Origin: Eledone cirrhosa
Taxonomy: Eukaryota
Assembly (NCBI GenBank): GCA_964016885.1
Contig: OZ024740.1
Coordinates: 174,902,001-174,966,000 of the forward strand
Direction of reading: 5' to 3'
Length of the DNA stretch: 64,000 nucleotides
Every line of letters begins with the position of its first letter. Position 1 is the first letter of the stretch. The notes beneath the pieces are model-generated. The model was not told the origin of the DNA. It searched no databases and saw nothing but the letters and a program-made list of their open reading frames with translations. The translations under genes were made by a program, and so were the position numbers. Shown here piece after piece: positions 10,380-24,735 of this stretch.

Positions 10380-12980
10380 CACCGTGTAACAAAAACATTT
10401 TTTTTCTCTGTTCCTGGCTTGTAATCACTTTTTTGTGTTGCTTAGGTCCCAAATAAATTTAAAAAAGTGCTATTAAACAGTTAAAAGTTTGGGTTTGTAA
10501 AAATTTTAAGCTATTCACTAGAATTATTTGTATGCTGGATTTTACGTTGTATGTAAATTTAATTTGCTTATGTTAAATGATTTTTGTTATATATGTTTCA
10601 GGTTAAATTAAAATTATAAAATAAAGAGTATTACCTAAAGAAAATTATAAAAGTGCAATAAAGTATAAAATTGTTAAAAAGTGGATTAAAGAGATTTATT
10701 GATACTGGATTTTCGCACCTTGAATAAAGGGTAAGTTGTGTCTTAAGCACGAATTTTCATTAGTAGTATTGCATATCAAATTTATTTTGTATTTCAGGTT
10801 TCGATCATGACATTAGACTTGTAATTAAAAATTTCTTTCATTGAATTACACTGCAATTTGGTGCTAAATATTAATTTTTGTTTTAAAAATTTGATGACTT
10901 TAGCCTGAATTACCCTACTTATTTTATACATGTATGTTCATTTAGCATGTTTTTATTTATACTTTCAGATCTATAAGATCTATATTTTCTGACTGCATGT
11001 ATTTCCATATTTTTAGAATGGCTTTAAGAGGCTGCCGACACCACCCTGACTCTTTCTGTTTTATATGCGGTCAGTATATAAAGAAGAGAGGCAAAACATT
11101 CTCCTTGTAAACGTCGGTGAAGGTTTGTGAAGCCTACCAGAAGTACTTCGGGATGCCAGTTGGGGACCAGGACAAGTCCTGGGCCCCTCACTACTGTTTT
11201 GAGCACTGTAAGAAGACGCTGGAAGGGTGGCTGCGAGGTGAGAAAAGATCTCTGAAATTTTCCAACCCATGTGTCTGGTTAGAGACAACAGACCACGCCA
11301 CAAACTGCTTTTTTTGCATGGTGGATGTTAGCAAGCGGCGGAAAGGAAAGAATGCTGCTGATGTAGATTATCCAGATCTTCCATCATCAATTGCTCCAAT
11401 TCCTCACTGCTCCAAATATCTCGTGCCATTGCCACCTGCTCCAGATGAAGTCCAAGACAAGTATTCTGACGAAGAGGAGGAGATGGATGCTGAGGACTTG
11501 GATTACTTGCCTGAGGTACCAGAAAAAGTTCCTCACTTCCCAAACCAAAAAGAAGTCAATGACTTGGTCAGGGATATGGGTCTGACCAAGTCCAATGCAG
11601 AGCTATTCGTCTGCAGGATGAAGCTGTGGAACTTGGTCAAGGAGGAAGTGCAGGTGACAAGTCAGAGAAGTCGACACGAACCTTTCTTGGGCTTTTACAC
11701 TATTAGGGATGGCCTCTGCTTCTGCCATGACGTGCCTGGACTGTTTGACGTTATTGGGGTGCCGTTTGTGCCCAAGGAGTGGCGGCTATTTATAGACAAC
11801 TCCACCACAAGTTTGAAGGCTGTCCTCCTCCACAATGGAAACAAGTTCCCAACACTGCTCCTAGCTCATTCAGTCTGCCAGAAGGAAAATTACTACAGTG
11901 TGAAAGTCCTCTTGGAAGCTCTGCAATACAACCAGTACAATTGGTAAATCATTGGAGACTTCAAGATGGTGGCTTTTCTGCCTGGACTCCAAGCAGGCTT
12001 TATCAAATTCCAATGCTTCCTCTGCCTTTGGGACAGCAGAGCTACCTCTGACCACTACATAAGAAAGAACTGGGAGCAGCGAACATAATTTGTAGTTGGG
12101 ACCCGGAACGTCATGTGGGAGCCACTGGTTGATCCCAGGATTGTGCTCATGCCGCCACTGCACATTAAGTTGGGGTTGATGAAGCAGTTTGTGAAGGCTC
12201 TCAACCAAGAATCAGCCGCTTTTAAGTACCTTCTTGAGTTCTTCCCTAAGTTACCTGAGGCCAAAATCAAAGGTGGAATTTTTGTTGGACCTCGGACAAA
12301 GAAGGTGTTTGAGTCTACCGAGTTCTCCAATAAGCTCAATAGGATTGAGAGAACAGCATGGAACTGTTTCAAGGCAGTTGTTAAGGGCTTCCTGGGCAAC
12401 TACAGAGCTGAAAACTACCAGCAACTGGTGCAGGATCTGATAAAGGCTTTTGGCGCCATGGGATGCAGGATGTCGCTTCAACTCCATATGCTGGACGCTC
12501 ACCTGGAAAAATTCAAGGACAATATGGGCACCTACTCAGAAGAACAAGGCGAAAGATTCCACCAAGATGTGAAAGAGATAGAGCGGAGGTACCAGGGCCA
12601 CTACAATGAAAAAATGATGGGGACTATATCTGGGGGCTAGTGCGGGAATGCGATCTGGACTACAACCGTAAATCCAGGAAATCCAGTCATTTCTGACGTG
12701 TATAAGTTGCTTTATAAGTGTTATTTGTTTTTACTTGTTTGCTTTTGATAAGCTTGTGTAATAAAATAAATATATACTCTGTTGATTTAATTATATGAAC
12801 TGATAAATTTTTAAAAAATGTGTTTTTTCTTGAAAAATATGAAAATTTCGAAATATCAAACTGCTGACGACAAACCCAAACTTCTGATTAAATAATAGTG
12901 TTTTTTTTAAATAATAATGGGATGTAACAAACCACGAAATGACACTTAGAACCGGGGAACAAAAAATATGTTACACGGTG
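10380..12980 (+). mobile_element. Chapaev3-like (CMC superfamily) DNA transposon with both ends intact
   Basis: TIR CACCGTGTAACA / TGTTACACGGTG, with TTA TSD at 10377-10379 and 12981-12983. Contains the transposase pseudogene below. Confidence 0.85.
11018..12696 (+). pseudogene. Chapaev3-like transposase pseudogene
   Basis: CFICG, GDQDKSWAPH, WRLFID..SLKAVLLHNGN, PPLHIKLGLMKQFVKAL and SEEQGERFHQD motifs. In-frame TAA stops at 11108, 11945 and ~12086, plus a 3' frameshift. Family name is from motif recall. Confidence 0.8.
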
Positions 12981-14467
12981 TTATGAGTGCGTGGAGAGGA
13001 GTGTGGTCATGTGAGAGGCAGGTAAATACAGTGGAAGAGAAAGAGCAATGAGCATGCAAGGAGAAGGAAATAAAAACGTTAGAAGTACAAAATTTAAGGC
13101 TGTGAGTTTGTGTAATATTTCGCATGGGTAAATCCACAGTAAAATCAGAAATTGTGAGTTTGTGTAAATGAAATGGTACGACGGTTCAGTTATATTCAAG
13201 TATGCAAAAATGTAAACAAATATTTATATCCCAGACAGAAATGTTAATTTCCACTTCTATATACTCTTTTATATAATTATCTGCTGGTGAATTTTGTATT
13301 TCGCTCTACATCTTAACCGAACTTTCTGTGTTATCGCCGCTATGAAATTCAGTTTCTACAATTCCTCATAGAATTATCTTGCTAAACTGCTATTTCGTCC
13401 GATTACATTCTGGTTTCAAACATTTCTTGACAGTTCTCTAAACTTTTCTGGCTATCATTTCTTTTGAGAAGATATGGTGTATTTTCAATCCATTTGTTTC
13501 AATTAAAGTTTAAGCAAAGAATCGCTGCTTAACGGGATCTTAGTCCCAGGTCAGTTCTGTTAGAGAAAACCTATGATTACAGACATTTCTGTCGTGACTA
13601 TTCAGTCTCTTTTTTTTCCAGATGTAGTAACCATCCCACATTAAAGACGTAATGTATCTCTTTCCTTTCTTAAATATGTCAGAGCGTTGTTTGAAAAGTT
13701 TGCTGTTATCTCCAGCAGACACAGCAACCACATACAGACTCCCTCGTTGATTCGTCTGGAGAGAGTTTCTTGGCAAGTGCCATAGCAAGCTGATAGACAA
13801 ATATAGAAACTTAAATGTCTCATATTACGCCATAGGCCAACAAGGAGGTCACTGCGCGATCGATCGTTCAACCAGCTAGAATAGCAACCCAGTGTCCCTC
13901 AGGTCACGTTATACAGTTTTCTGTGCAGAAGACATTGTTATGATGTAAGGCTAGTAATTCCGAAATTTATTTTGTCCTGAAACCCTTATAGATTTTCTAA
14001 ATCTTGTGGAAACCATACCAATATTTTGTAGGCAACCCCCACCTACTCTAATTTTAAAAGACATTAAATGAAAGAAACAAAAAAAAATAGAGAGAGAGAA
14101 TTTATTCATATTAAAAAAAATTATAAAATTTTTAAAAAGCTTTTTGTGGAAACTCGCAATTGTTTGGCGGAACCCAGAAAATATTTTAGTTGAACTGCAT
14201 AAACGACTGAGAAGGGAAGTTACTAGTTGCTGGAAGTTACTTACCCTTGCGATATCATTCGCACTTTTTTTTAGGCAAATACATTTTTTATTAACTTTTA
14301 AATTTATACAATATTTTGATGCGTTATATTTGTGAAGTTCCTAGCAATAGTTAATTGTATTTATTATGTGTGTTTATATTTTTATTCTGAAAGAATTGTG
14401 AACATTTTTTTCAGAAAGTGAAATTTAAACTATTTTCTTTCTCTCCTAAGTGTGAATAAAAAACAGT

Positions 14468-15040
14468 TAATGACTCTTTTGCTTCTGCCCACATCCTGGA
14501 TGCTGCAGTTAGGACGAGAGCCACAGCTTCCGTAGCCGAACGGAACAAAATCCTAAAATACTGGGATCTGTTGGCCAACTACATTTTCCAGACTGTGGCG
14601 TTCCAGACGTTTGGGGCAGTCGGGCTACTGACTGCGAGATTCCTATCTTCACTGGCGGCTCGCCTAACAGAGGTAACTGGTGAAGCTCGCGAGGGCGCTT
14701 GGTTGTTCCAGCGCACCAGTCTCGCCATTACCCGAGGTAACGCTGCGAACGTGATGGCTTGCCTTTAAAGTCATTGGAGAGTTTTCCCAGTGCTCCTCGT
14801 GATACTGTTATCTTTTACTCTGGTAGCGGCTCGGTTGTCCACCCCTTTCGCTTGCCTTTTGTTGAATGTGGTCCTAGATGTGTGTGCTAACCGCTTTTTT
14901 TTTTCTTTTCTCTTTTTTTTTCCTTTCCTTCTTTTCCTTTTCCCTTTCCCTTTCCTTTATATTATATTTGTTTGTACTTTCGTTCTGTAAGCATTGTATT
15001 ATTATATTTCTTTTTATACAACAGTGAATAAAAGTTATAA
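14468..15040 (+). mobile_element. 5'-truncated CRE copy (RLE C-terminus plus 3' UTR)
   Basis: YIFQTVAFQTFGAVG..AITRGNAANV, similar to the reverse complement of 6480-6835. Confidence 0.8.
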
Positions 15041-15628
15041 AAAACTGAAAATTTTATGAATAAACACTACGTTTAATTTTTAATTAAAAATATCTTTTCC
15101 TTCTCTTTATTCTTTCTTTTCTTATTTCCTTCTCCTCTCAATCGATATGTATTTGATTTAGAAGTGTCTTTTATACACATTTAGTGACTAATTAGTTCAG
15201 TACTTTACTTACCGTTCTATATTTTAATCCTACTCTAGCGAGTGTTTGTATGATATTTGTAAAAACAGTCGATCAGCCCGGAATAGATACGGATGTAGAA
15301 TCTAGTCAGTGGGCCTTTCCCTTTTTTTCTTTTTTCAAATTGTTACTTATGATCTAATGTCACTACAATATTTTAGAAATTCCCTTTTCTTTTTTCAAGT
15401 TGGTTAGTTTAAGGCAAAGTTAATTCGTAAAGTGGGCGCTACCGCTTCCTCCCCGCCCTCTCCGGGGGAGGGGGGACTAAGGGGTCAGGTAGAGATGATA
15501 TAATAGTATTTTATATATCAAATGATATATATAAATATAGTAAAATATAAAATACATAATATTTATTTACACATGTTATATATTATATTATTTATTATAT
15601 ATAAATTAGCGATTTTATTTATTATGTA

Positions 15629-16768
15629 CTAGCAGAGGTACCCGGCGTTGCTCGGGTATTAAATAGCAGTTATGTATACCATTTATGTCAATACTTCAGT
15701 ACTGCTTCGAAAACTATACTTTTATAAACTCATCGACTTTTTCCAAAAGGGGGTTCCTGCCCTCAGGGGTCCCCTACTCAATATGTGCCAATTCTGAGAG
15801 TTCACATTCAACGTATCCCATGTGTCAAGTTTTGTGAAAATCGGTTGCGAACTCCAGAAGTTATGACGTTTTTTTTGCATTGCACTGCAGTGCTTCAGTC
15901 GACTCTAAGGAAGTGGTTAAAGGGCGTTATCCGCCGGGTGGCCCTATAATCAATATCTGGAAAAATGAAAGTGTCCATGACCATCCGGAGTACATGAGTA
16001 ACCTATGTCTTAAGTTTGGTGAAAATACTGTAGAAATGCATAAGGTTTACACACAGGCGCGCACGCGCACGTGTGTGTGTGTGTATGTATTTGTGTGTGC
16101 GTATGTATAAGTATGTGTATGTTCGTCGGTGCATACATATGTACTGGCCTAAATCTTCACTATTTATTTTTACTATGTTAAGGCAAAGTTAAAATCCCGT
16201 CGAGGTTAACTTTGCCTTTCATCCTTACGGGGTCGATAAAATAAAGTACCAGTAATGTACTGTTTAATTGCTGGCCTTGTGCCAAAAGTAGAAACAACTA
16301 TTTTAATAACCTGTCGTTTTCGTTTACAATTTTATTTACATCATTCTTAAACTCCGGGGCTGGAAATCATTCGGTTATTTAAAATAGAATATTAGTCTAA
16401 CGACTCCATTTACACCATAAACTTGGTCTTGTCTTTGCATGAAATTGTTCTTCTCTGTCCACCGCGTCGTTTATACGTAACATAAATAGATAAGTAAATG
16501 ACGCCATAAAAGGGAAATAACTCGTCTCTCATCTCTATTTATACATTTGAACTGAAAAATCAATACATTACAAATTCGATTTTTACACTTGGCGTGGGTC
16601 GATTTGAAAATTTATTTGACCGATGGTTCCGCCGGACCTTCATCTATAAGTGTAGCAATTTCACCGAAATTTGAACGTACGGTTTAAGAGGAGATGTGTG
16701 CCGAAGGTTTTAGTAGACAGACAGACAACCAGTAGACAGACAGACAACCTCAGTTTTATATATATAGA
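15629..16768 (-). mobile_element. Non-autonomous Helitron-like element containing nested repeats
   Basis: Minus strand starts TCTATATAT..(GTCT)n and ends CCCGAGCAACGCCGGG..CTAG, inserted between A and T. Confidence 0.6.
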
Positions 16769-16999
16769 TTATTTACAATTTAAATATGAACTTTTTAAAA
16801 TGAGCAGTTTTTTTATCGTCTTGAAGCTGGAGTCATTTTTGTTCTAAGAATCTCTCTGGTGCAACATCTGACAGAACTTCCGCTGGTATTTCCGATCGGA
16901 TTATGACCCTTAGGTTGCCGCTCCACTTGAACCGTTTTATGACTATAGCCAGTGTGTACGCTCCAACTCTTGTAAGTCTCTGAAAATAAATAAATAAAT

Positions 17000-19300
17000 T
17001 TCACGTGGATCTGCAAATAATCTTGAAAAATTTTAATAGGGATGACAAACTTCTAGTGTTGGGTAATTTTAATGCTCATGTTGGATGTGACTCTACTACG
17101 TGGAGCAGCATAGGTCATAATGGAATGGGAAAATGTAATAGCAATGGACTTTTGATGCAAGTGTGCCAGGAATTCAATCTTATCATAGGAAGCATATGAT
17201 TCAGACATAAGAACAAGTACAAGGGAACCTGGATGCATCCACGTTCACATCATTAGCATAAAAAATAAGTAGAAACAATTATTGACTGTGATTGTAAGAC
17301 GTAACGATTTGTGGGATGTCAGATCTCTCCATTGTATGATACAGGCAGAATGTTGAACGGACCACAGTCTACTAAGAGCAACTCTCCATGTTCGTGTTCG
17401 AAAGATGAAACATGTAGATATGAGGGTGCAGGAACGTATAGCTATCTCACAATTGGCCTACCCAGAAAAACAAGAATTTTCAAGACGCAGTTCAGCAAAT
17501 TGAGGTCACCAACAGTGATGATGTATATCTGTCTTTCAGCAAACAGCTTCATGAGACAGCGAACACAACTTTGGGTTATGCAAAGAAAAAATATCAGGAC
17601 TGGTTTACTGCAAATGAACCACTAGTAGAAAGCCTTCTAAGGGAAAAGAAAATATGTCTGGACAAGTTCTTGGAATATTCAAAGGAAACAGCAGAAAAAT
17701 CTCAGCTGGAGAAGGCTTTCGACGAGTGTAAGGCGTGGGTGCAGCGCAAACTCCGAGCAGCAAAAGATGGTGCGATAAAGCGCATCGCATACAAACCTTG
17801 GCAGAAAGACGAGATGCTAAATTATATCAGAACTGCGCACAGTATATGATCCACTCAGCACACTTTTTGACCCACTGTGGTCAAAGAATGAAACGAAGTG
17901 TTGTGTAAGCCTGATGAAATAAGGCCAAGTGGCGCAAACAGTTTAATGACCTGCTAAGATACGCATCTTTCGTTTAATCCGATTTGATTGAGGCCATAGA
18001 GAAGACTCCCGTCATTAACAAGCTAGATGATCCTTCCATATTGGAAGGGGTTCAGACTGCAATGAGACAAATGGACACTGGCAAAATACCTAGGAAAGAT
18101 AGTATAGTGACTGAAATAGTGCAACAAGGTGGTTCAAAAATAAGCAATCTTTTGCATAACATATACCACCAGGCATGGTTGAAGAATGCAGTCCCACAGG
18201 ACTGTGAAAGATGTTTGTGAAAACTACTGTGGGATCTCTTCACTATCAGTTGTTGGTAAAAACTTTGCGGGGATTCTCCTTAATCGTCTGCTGATGCACA
18301 TTGTACTGTAATCTCAGTGTGGTTTCCGTCCATATCAGGGCCATATATCTTTACTACCCGCCAATGCAGGAGAAGTGTAAGAAACAACAGCTTCATCTGT
18401 TCAATTGTTTTATTGATCGCCCAATCCTTCTGGAGCATAATCTTGAAGCTGGTTTGCCCTAAGAAGTTTATGGGGCTTATACACTCATTGCATAATAACA
18501 CGAGAGCGTGGGTTTGCCTCAATGGTGAGCTCATAGAACCTTTTTCAGTGAAAACAGGCATGGAAGAGGGTGACTTGTTAGCTCTGACTTTGTTTGCCTC
18601 TTTGCAGTTGATTTGTTAAAAACACTCACCAACACCGATGTTGGCAACATATATATATAAGTTATCGAACAACAGGAAGGCTCATTAACATCCTGCGATT
18701 TCTTGCTGCATCAAAAACACATATTGCACTGATACGTGAACTTCTTTACGCAGATGATTGTGGTTTTTTAGCCACACGGAAGAAAACCTTCAATTTCTGG
18801 TTGATTGCTTCTAGGAAGCATTTGATCAATTTAGGCTGACAATCAGCCTAAAATAGACAGTAATGATGTACCAGCATGCACCCAGAAAGACATATATTCC
18901 ATCATCTATATATGTCAAAGGTTGAAGGTTGTGATTAAGTCAGTTTAGCTGGGTAGTACTCTCTCTAGAACCAGCACCCTTGATGAAGAGGTAAACTACC
19001 GGGTGTCTAAAGCCGATGCTTTTGGTAAGCTGGAGAAGCGCCTGTGGTCACAGTCATTTATCAGTGTGCGTACATCGAGCATGTGTGCTTACAGTCTTGC
19101 TGTATTGATGTGAGACATGGACAGCATACTGTGGGAATGTCCAGTGCTACAAACGTTTCCTCTAACAATGCTTGCGCTCTGTTCTCAAGATCTCATGGAG
19201 GTTTCATGCCCCAGATACCAATGTGCTGCACGCTGGGTTACTAAGCCATAGCAGACGTCAAATTCGTGGAACTAATAGCTTGATTTTGTATGTGGCAGCT
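17000..19300 (+). mobile_element. Highly degraded RTE/BovB-like LINE
   Basis: LGNFNAHVG, GKCNSNGLL, TWMHPRS, GDLLALTLF and ELLYADD remnants with many frameshifts. Confidence 0.8.
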
Positions 19301-19575
19301 GTACCAAAGTGTGTCACTCTGCAAGTGGGCTAACACGGCACCACAAAGCATGCCACGCCAATCAAACTGAAACAGGTGGGTAACTTACCCGCACACTGGG
19401 TGGTTTGACATATAAATCACCTCTTGCTTTGATGAGCCATTTAAGGTGACATCAGCGACAGCAACATCAATAACACATTTTTGCCGATGTGTTTTTTTAT
19501 TTTTTTATTTATATTCTAAGAAGTGGCCCTACTCATGAACGAGTTGGTCCCCCCCTCTCTCTCTCTCTATCTCTA

Positions 19576-19618
<43 letters not shown>

Positions 19619-20128
19619 GCTCGTGTGTGTGTGCGTGTGTGTGTTTGTCTGTCTGAATTCCATAGTTTAGCAGTTCGACAAAAACATTCGATGAATGAAG
19701 CATCGGACTTGAAAAAAATAAGTAGTGGAGTTGATATCGACAGAATCAAAGCACAAAAGAATAAAAGGTATAAATCGAAACATTGGAATATATAATTATA
19801 CCCAGATTTATTAAAAATAGTATGATTTTGGTTATTATAGCAACAGCGTTTAAATCGTTGAAAATATAAACTCACTTTTATACGAGTCGACAAGCAAAAT
19901 AAGTTGACCTCTTAGGAGTTATTTCCCTTACGTAAGTGTTATTTCCCCTTCTATTAACTCTTTCTATATCCATCCAACCAAAATCAGTTTTGGTTCTCTG
20001 AAACAAAGTCACCCATTTTAAAAAGTTCCTCATTTAGATTAAAATCTTCCAAAATAGTTTTACATAAGAACCATATGTTAAGTTACTAACTCGGTAATGA
20101 AATAATAATTATTATTATATTAATTATA

Positions 20129-20320
20129 GGGCGGTGGATTGGCAGTATCGGTAAGGGTCGGACGCCATGCTGTGAAGCATAGACTTACCTCCCTTTATGA
20201 TTTGAGTTCAAATCCCACCGAGGTTAACTTTGCCTTTCATCCTTACAGGGTCGATAAAATAAAGTACCAGTAATGCACTGGGATAATTGCTGGCCTTGTG
20301 CCAAAAGTAGAAACAATTAT
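20129..20320 (+). mobile_element. Abundant tRNA-derived SINE (representative copy)
   Basis: A-box-like TGGCAGTATCGG, B-box-like GAGTTCAAATCC and core GCCTTTCATCCTTAC.GGGTCGATAAAATAAAGTACCAG. Other copies at ~16190, 23410, 24100-24730, 28040, 29425, 29915, 50873, 51076, 53935, 54328, 54740 and 62030. Confidence 0.85.
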
Positions 20321-21104
20321 TATATTAATTATATTTTTATACACGGTTTAGACATTATATTTGTAATGTTCTTCTGAACGAATTGCGAGCAATTTATAAT
20401 GTTATTTAAGCATTTCTAATGTTATTAATGTATATATTTAAAACATTATTCAACTGTAAACTTATACATTTGTAAATTAATTAATTGAAATCGAGTGTAT
20501 TTCATTAGAAATGCTGTCACGAAAAATATAACCCTTTAATGCGTATTCATATGTGAATGTAGCATAGCCGAATGATTAAAAAGTTCGCTTCGCTATTCAT
20601 TAGGTCCCCGGGTTCGATCTCACAGCGTAACATCTTAGGCAAGTGTCATTCGCCAAAGCCTCTGGTTGACTTATGACTTGTGAGTGAAATTGGGTAGACG
20701 GAAACTGTTTGGAAGCCTGTCGGATGGACTGTACTTGTAATTCGAAGCGCCAGCCTTGATACACTGTGTTACGCTGAATCTCCCAGAAAATTACATTAAA
20801 GGTACACGTATCTGTGGAATATTCAACCACTTACATATTAATTCCGTAAGCAGGAACAACTGAAACACTTACCGTCGAAATCGACGGAAGCCCTATATCT
20901 ATATCTTTACATAATAGAAAAAATAATTACTACACTTATTCTTTCTATTATATAAAGATATAGAACCTACTAGGTGTGTAGTGTTATACAATCTCATTTT
21001 CGTTTGTTGATTCTGAGTGACAGCAATAAATAACATTCATTCATCATCAATGTATCTTCATTGATTTTTTCAGTAAAAGTAGAAGGGAAAAAGCATACAA
21101 TTCA

Positions 21105-21415
21105 ACAGAAATGTGGGCCGCCACATGCTGTGACACGTTCTCCAACACTAGCCTTGTTGCTTCGGCAACAAATCCAGGCACTAAGGAACAGGAGATGTCG
21201 AAATACTGGAACATGATCGATGACTTCTTTTTCGTGTCGGTCGCCGTCGAGACCTTGTGTCCTCGGTCCCGGACTGACATTTTCCTCCAAAATTCGAAGT
21301 GCATCCCGCCTAAGGAAGGAGTTCCGTGAGGTGGAGTACCTGATCCCGCGGGTCCGTTGGCTGTTTTCCACGGCAATGCTTTTGCAATCTTGTCTGCGGG
21401 ACGCAGCTGAGCTAT
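21105..21415 (+). mobile_element. Diverged CRE RLE C-terminal fragment
   Basis: WAATCCDTFS..KY..FFVSVAVETL..AVFHGNAFAIL matches the CRE WD.T..DT / FVP.AVET / RGNA pattern. Confidence 0.65.
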
Positions 21416-21797
21416 ACCATCTTTTCATTTTTATTTTTTTTATTTTTCTCTATTCAACTTAATGGATTACACATGTCAACAAAGGAATCTCGACTTGATG
21501 GCTCAACCTACTAGAAATAGTAGCCACACCCTATCAACTTAAAAGAATTAATATATTATTAGAAACACAATAGCTAAAAACGGACATGATGGTCATGACT
21601 AGAACGCTTTTGGGCATATGTCTGTTCAATCAGAGATGGTCTTTACATTATACAGCAACACAACACCAATGTCTAGATAAACTGTTTATATATATCAGGA
21701 TTGATTTAGTTTGAAACTGGAAGCGGGTAGACCATTACTCAACAGAGTACTCGATACTTGGGATAGTAATTTTTCCATATATATATATATATATATA

Positions 21798-22035
21798 TCA
21801 TCATCATCATCATCATTTTACGTCCGCTTTTTCCTGCTTGCATCTCCTCCGTGAGCTTCAGCGATCTGAGGTCCGCTCTCACCACCCCCGGCCATGTTTT
21901 TCGTGGTCTTCCTCTACTGCGTCTTCCTTCTACTGCCATTTCTTGGCACTTCTTTACCCAGCTATCATTCTCCATGCGCATCACATGTCCATACCATCGC
22001 AGTCTTCTCTCCTGCACACGACATCTTATCCCTCT
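21798..22035 (-). mobile_element. RTE LINE 3' end with (GAT)n tail
   Basis: RRLRWYGHVMRM..GRRSRGRPRKTW followed by GGACGTAAAA(TGA)n. Confidence 0.8.
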
Positions 22036-22055
22036 TATATATAGATATATATATA

Positions 22056-22209
22056 GAACAAAGAAAATGTGGTAAGGAACCAGGTGGACCATAACACACT
22101 AGAGTAGTCGATACTTAGGGTAGTAGAAGAGGCAATAGGAAAAGAGTCAGGACCCCGACGGCTGAGCTCCGAGTTCGGATCAGCCGTCGGGGTCCTGACT
22201 CTTTTCCTA
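22056..22209 (-). mobile_element. Penelope-type fold-back insert, family D (shortest copy)
   Basis: Hairpin 22136-22209 plus a ~80-nt unpaired tail. Same end points as 47604-47813 and 60134-60714. TA flanks. Confidence 0.75.
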
Positions 22210-24099
22210 TATATATGGAAAGGTAAAGACACCTTTCGGTCACGAATGGCTATGGATTATGCCCCTAGAAAATTGTCATCCGAAGCATAAGCCCAGGCAA
22301 GGTGTTCGGCGAGTTCGGCTCGGGAGATATTGCTCCGTTGGGAGCGTTTATGGAAGTTGAACCGTTTCACACCGCGATGGCTGGCGCCAACGAATGTGTC
22401 CAGGGTGCTGAATTGTCTGGTTCCTGGTGTTCTATGAGATAGTCGCCGGCCCAGGTCCAAGAAGTAGTCTGGGTAATTCAGAGCCGCTAGTGTGCCATAT
22501 TTGGTGGAACGTAGGAAGGTAGGAACCGTCCAATATCCAAGCGGTGCGAAATTCGCCACTATAAGTGGTATGGGGTATGAAGCGTAGACACTTACCTACG
22601 AATGAACGTTCAGGTCCGGAGATAGGAAGGTCGCTGAGTAGAGTGACAAGTTTTAGGATGATAGGGGTTCAATGGCGTTGTCAGGTAGAAGTGGAGACAT
22701 AAACCTCGGGTGGAGGAACATGGAGGTGAAGGCAGTAACTGAGGAAAGGGATGTGGCGGATGTGCCGGTTTTTGCGAAAATGGGGTACGAAGGTCGGAGA
22801 GCGAGTTTGATGCAGAAAGGGGGAAGGAGATGAGGAAATGTTTTCAGTGGGAGTGCAGGTGGTGGAGGAAGGTTTTCTGGTGGGGAATTGTAGGGAAAGA
22901 ACCACACGGAAGAGAGAGGAAGAGGAAGTAAGGAGATGGTAACAGGGAGAAGAGCAGCCGGGAGAGAGACAAGGAAACATTACAGAGGAAAAAGTGGTGA
23001 AGGAGAGCCGTGGAGGATTAAAGATGAATAAGTAAAATAAATATGATTTACGAAAGAAACAAATCAATAAAAATGGAATCAACCTCAGCTGGTTTCATTG
23101 ACGAGTGTTGCATTTGTTCGGTCAACGGAACAGCCTGCTCATTAAATGAATGTGTAAGTGGGTGAGCAACCCCAATCCTGGACTCGATACTTTTTTATCG
23201 ACCTCAAAAGACAAAGTTAATTTCAGCGTAATTTGAACTCAAAAAGCTAAAACGAGTACTGGAAAGCATTCTATTTGATGTTCCATCGAATCTGCCAATT
23301 CACCGCCAATCGATCTATAAATACTAATAAATAGATACTATATTATACTAAACTATAAATATTTGTTATTGGAAGATGCATATTTAGAATGTGTTTTACT
23401 AAAGATAATGGTTTCTGATTTAGGCACAAGGCCAACAATTTTGAGGGAGGGGAAAGTCGATTAAATCTACCACAGTGTGTTACTGGTACTTTTATTGTAT
23501 CGACCCCGTAATAATGAAAGGCAAAAAATAACCTCGGTGGGATTTGAACTCAGAACATAAAGAGCCATAACTTTATGCCGAAAAGCATGTTGTCCGATGC
23601 TCGCCCGATACTGTCAATCCACCGCCATCGAAAGATGATGAATAATATTAATGTCAATTTTTATGACAAGTGGACATAGACATTTACTTCTGATTTAATA
23701 TTGTTACCTATATATGTACATGTCTCATGCGTTACATAAGAACATATACGTTAATGTCACTTCAACTCTTATAACAGTTAATAGAGGCCGCTTAGCACTG
23801 TTTTGCTCGGGGGTGGTCTATAATGCTGTTAAGATGGCCGTGTTATGTATAAGTTTAAGAGAGAGGGAGAAAAGAAACTAAAACTCATGAGTTATTCTCA
23901 AACCGGAGATCTGGTTCGATTGCTTGCATCAGAATGGACGTAGCTAAAGACACCCAAGAGCCAAGTAGTGGTATTAAACTGATCAATAGATTAAATCCAG
24001 GAAAAAATACGTTACAGAAAAAAGTCACATTTTATTTAAATACCATAAAAAGGAAATTTATTTAAAACAGTAAAAACTGATATCGATAAAGGATTAATA

Positions 24100-24735
24100 A
24101 TGGTTTCTTATATAGGCACAAGGTCAACAGTTTTTGGGGGAGGGGAAAGTCGATTAAATCGATCCCAGTGCGTGACTGGTACTTTATTTTATCGACCCCG
24201 TAAGGATGAAAGGCAAAGCTAACCTCGGTGGGATTTGAACTTAGAACGTAAAGGGCCATAACTATATGCCGCTAAGCATGTTGTCCGACGATTTACAGAT
24301 TCTGCCAATCCACCGCCATTGATAAAGATTAATAATTGTTTCTACTTTTGGCACAAGGCCAGCAATTATCCCAGTGTAATACTGGTACTTCATTTTATCG
24401 ACCCCGTAAGGATGAAAGGCAAAGTTAACCTCGGCGGGATTTGAACTCAGTCCGTAAAGGGACGTAACTGTGCTGCAAAGCATGGCACCCGACCCTCTAC
24501 CGATACTGCCAATAATGGTTTCTTATATAGACAGAAGGCCAGCAATCTGAGGGGGGGGGGGAATCGATTAAATCGAACCAGTGTATTACTGGTACTTTAT
24601 TTTATCGACCCAGTATAGATGAAAGTCAAAGTTACACTCAGAGGGATTTGAACTTAGAACTTAAAGGGCCATAACTATATGCCGCTAAGCATGTTGTCCG
24701 ACGCTCTACTGATTCTGCCAATCCACTGTCATTGA
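24100..24735 (-). mobile_element. Three head-to-tail tRNA-derived SINE copies
   Basis: The reverse complement of the 20129 family core recurs at ~24190, 24395 and 24600. Confidence 0.8.

Noticed and set aside
20129-20225. tRNA genes
   Set aside because: A/B boxes belong to multi-copy SINE heads; no cloverleaf.
21047-21428. GC-rich minus-strand ORFs as a host exon
   Set aside because: The plus strand translates to a CRE endonuclease C-terminus.
22230-23030. GC-rich segment with 84-133 aa minus-strand ORFs
   Set aside because: No recognisable motif; probably an unclassified repeat, and product cannot be supported.
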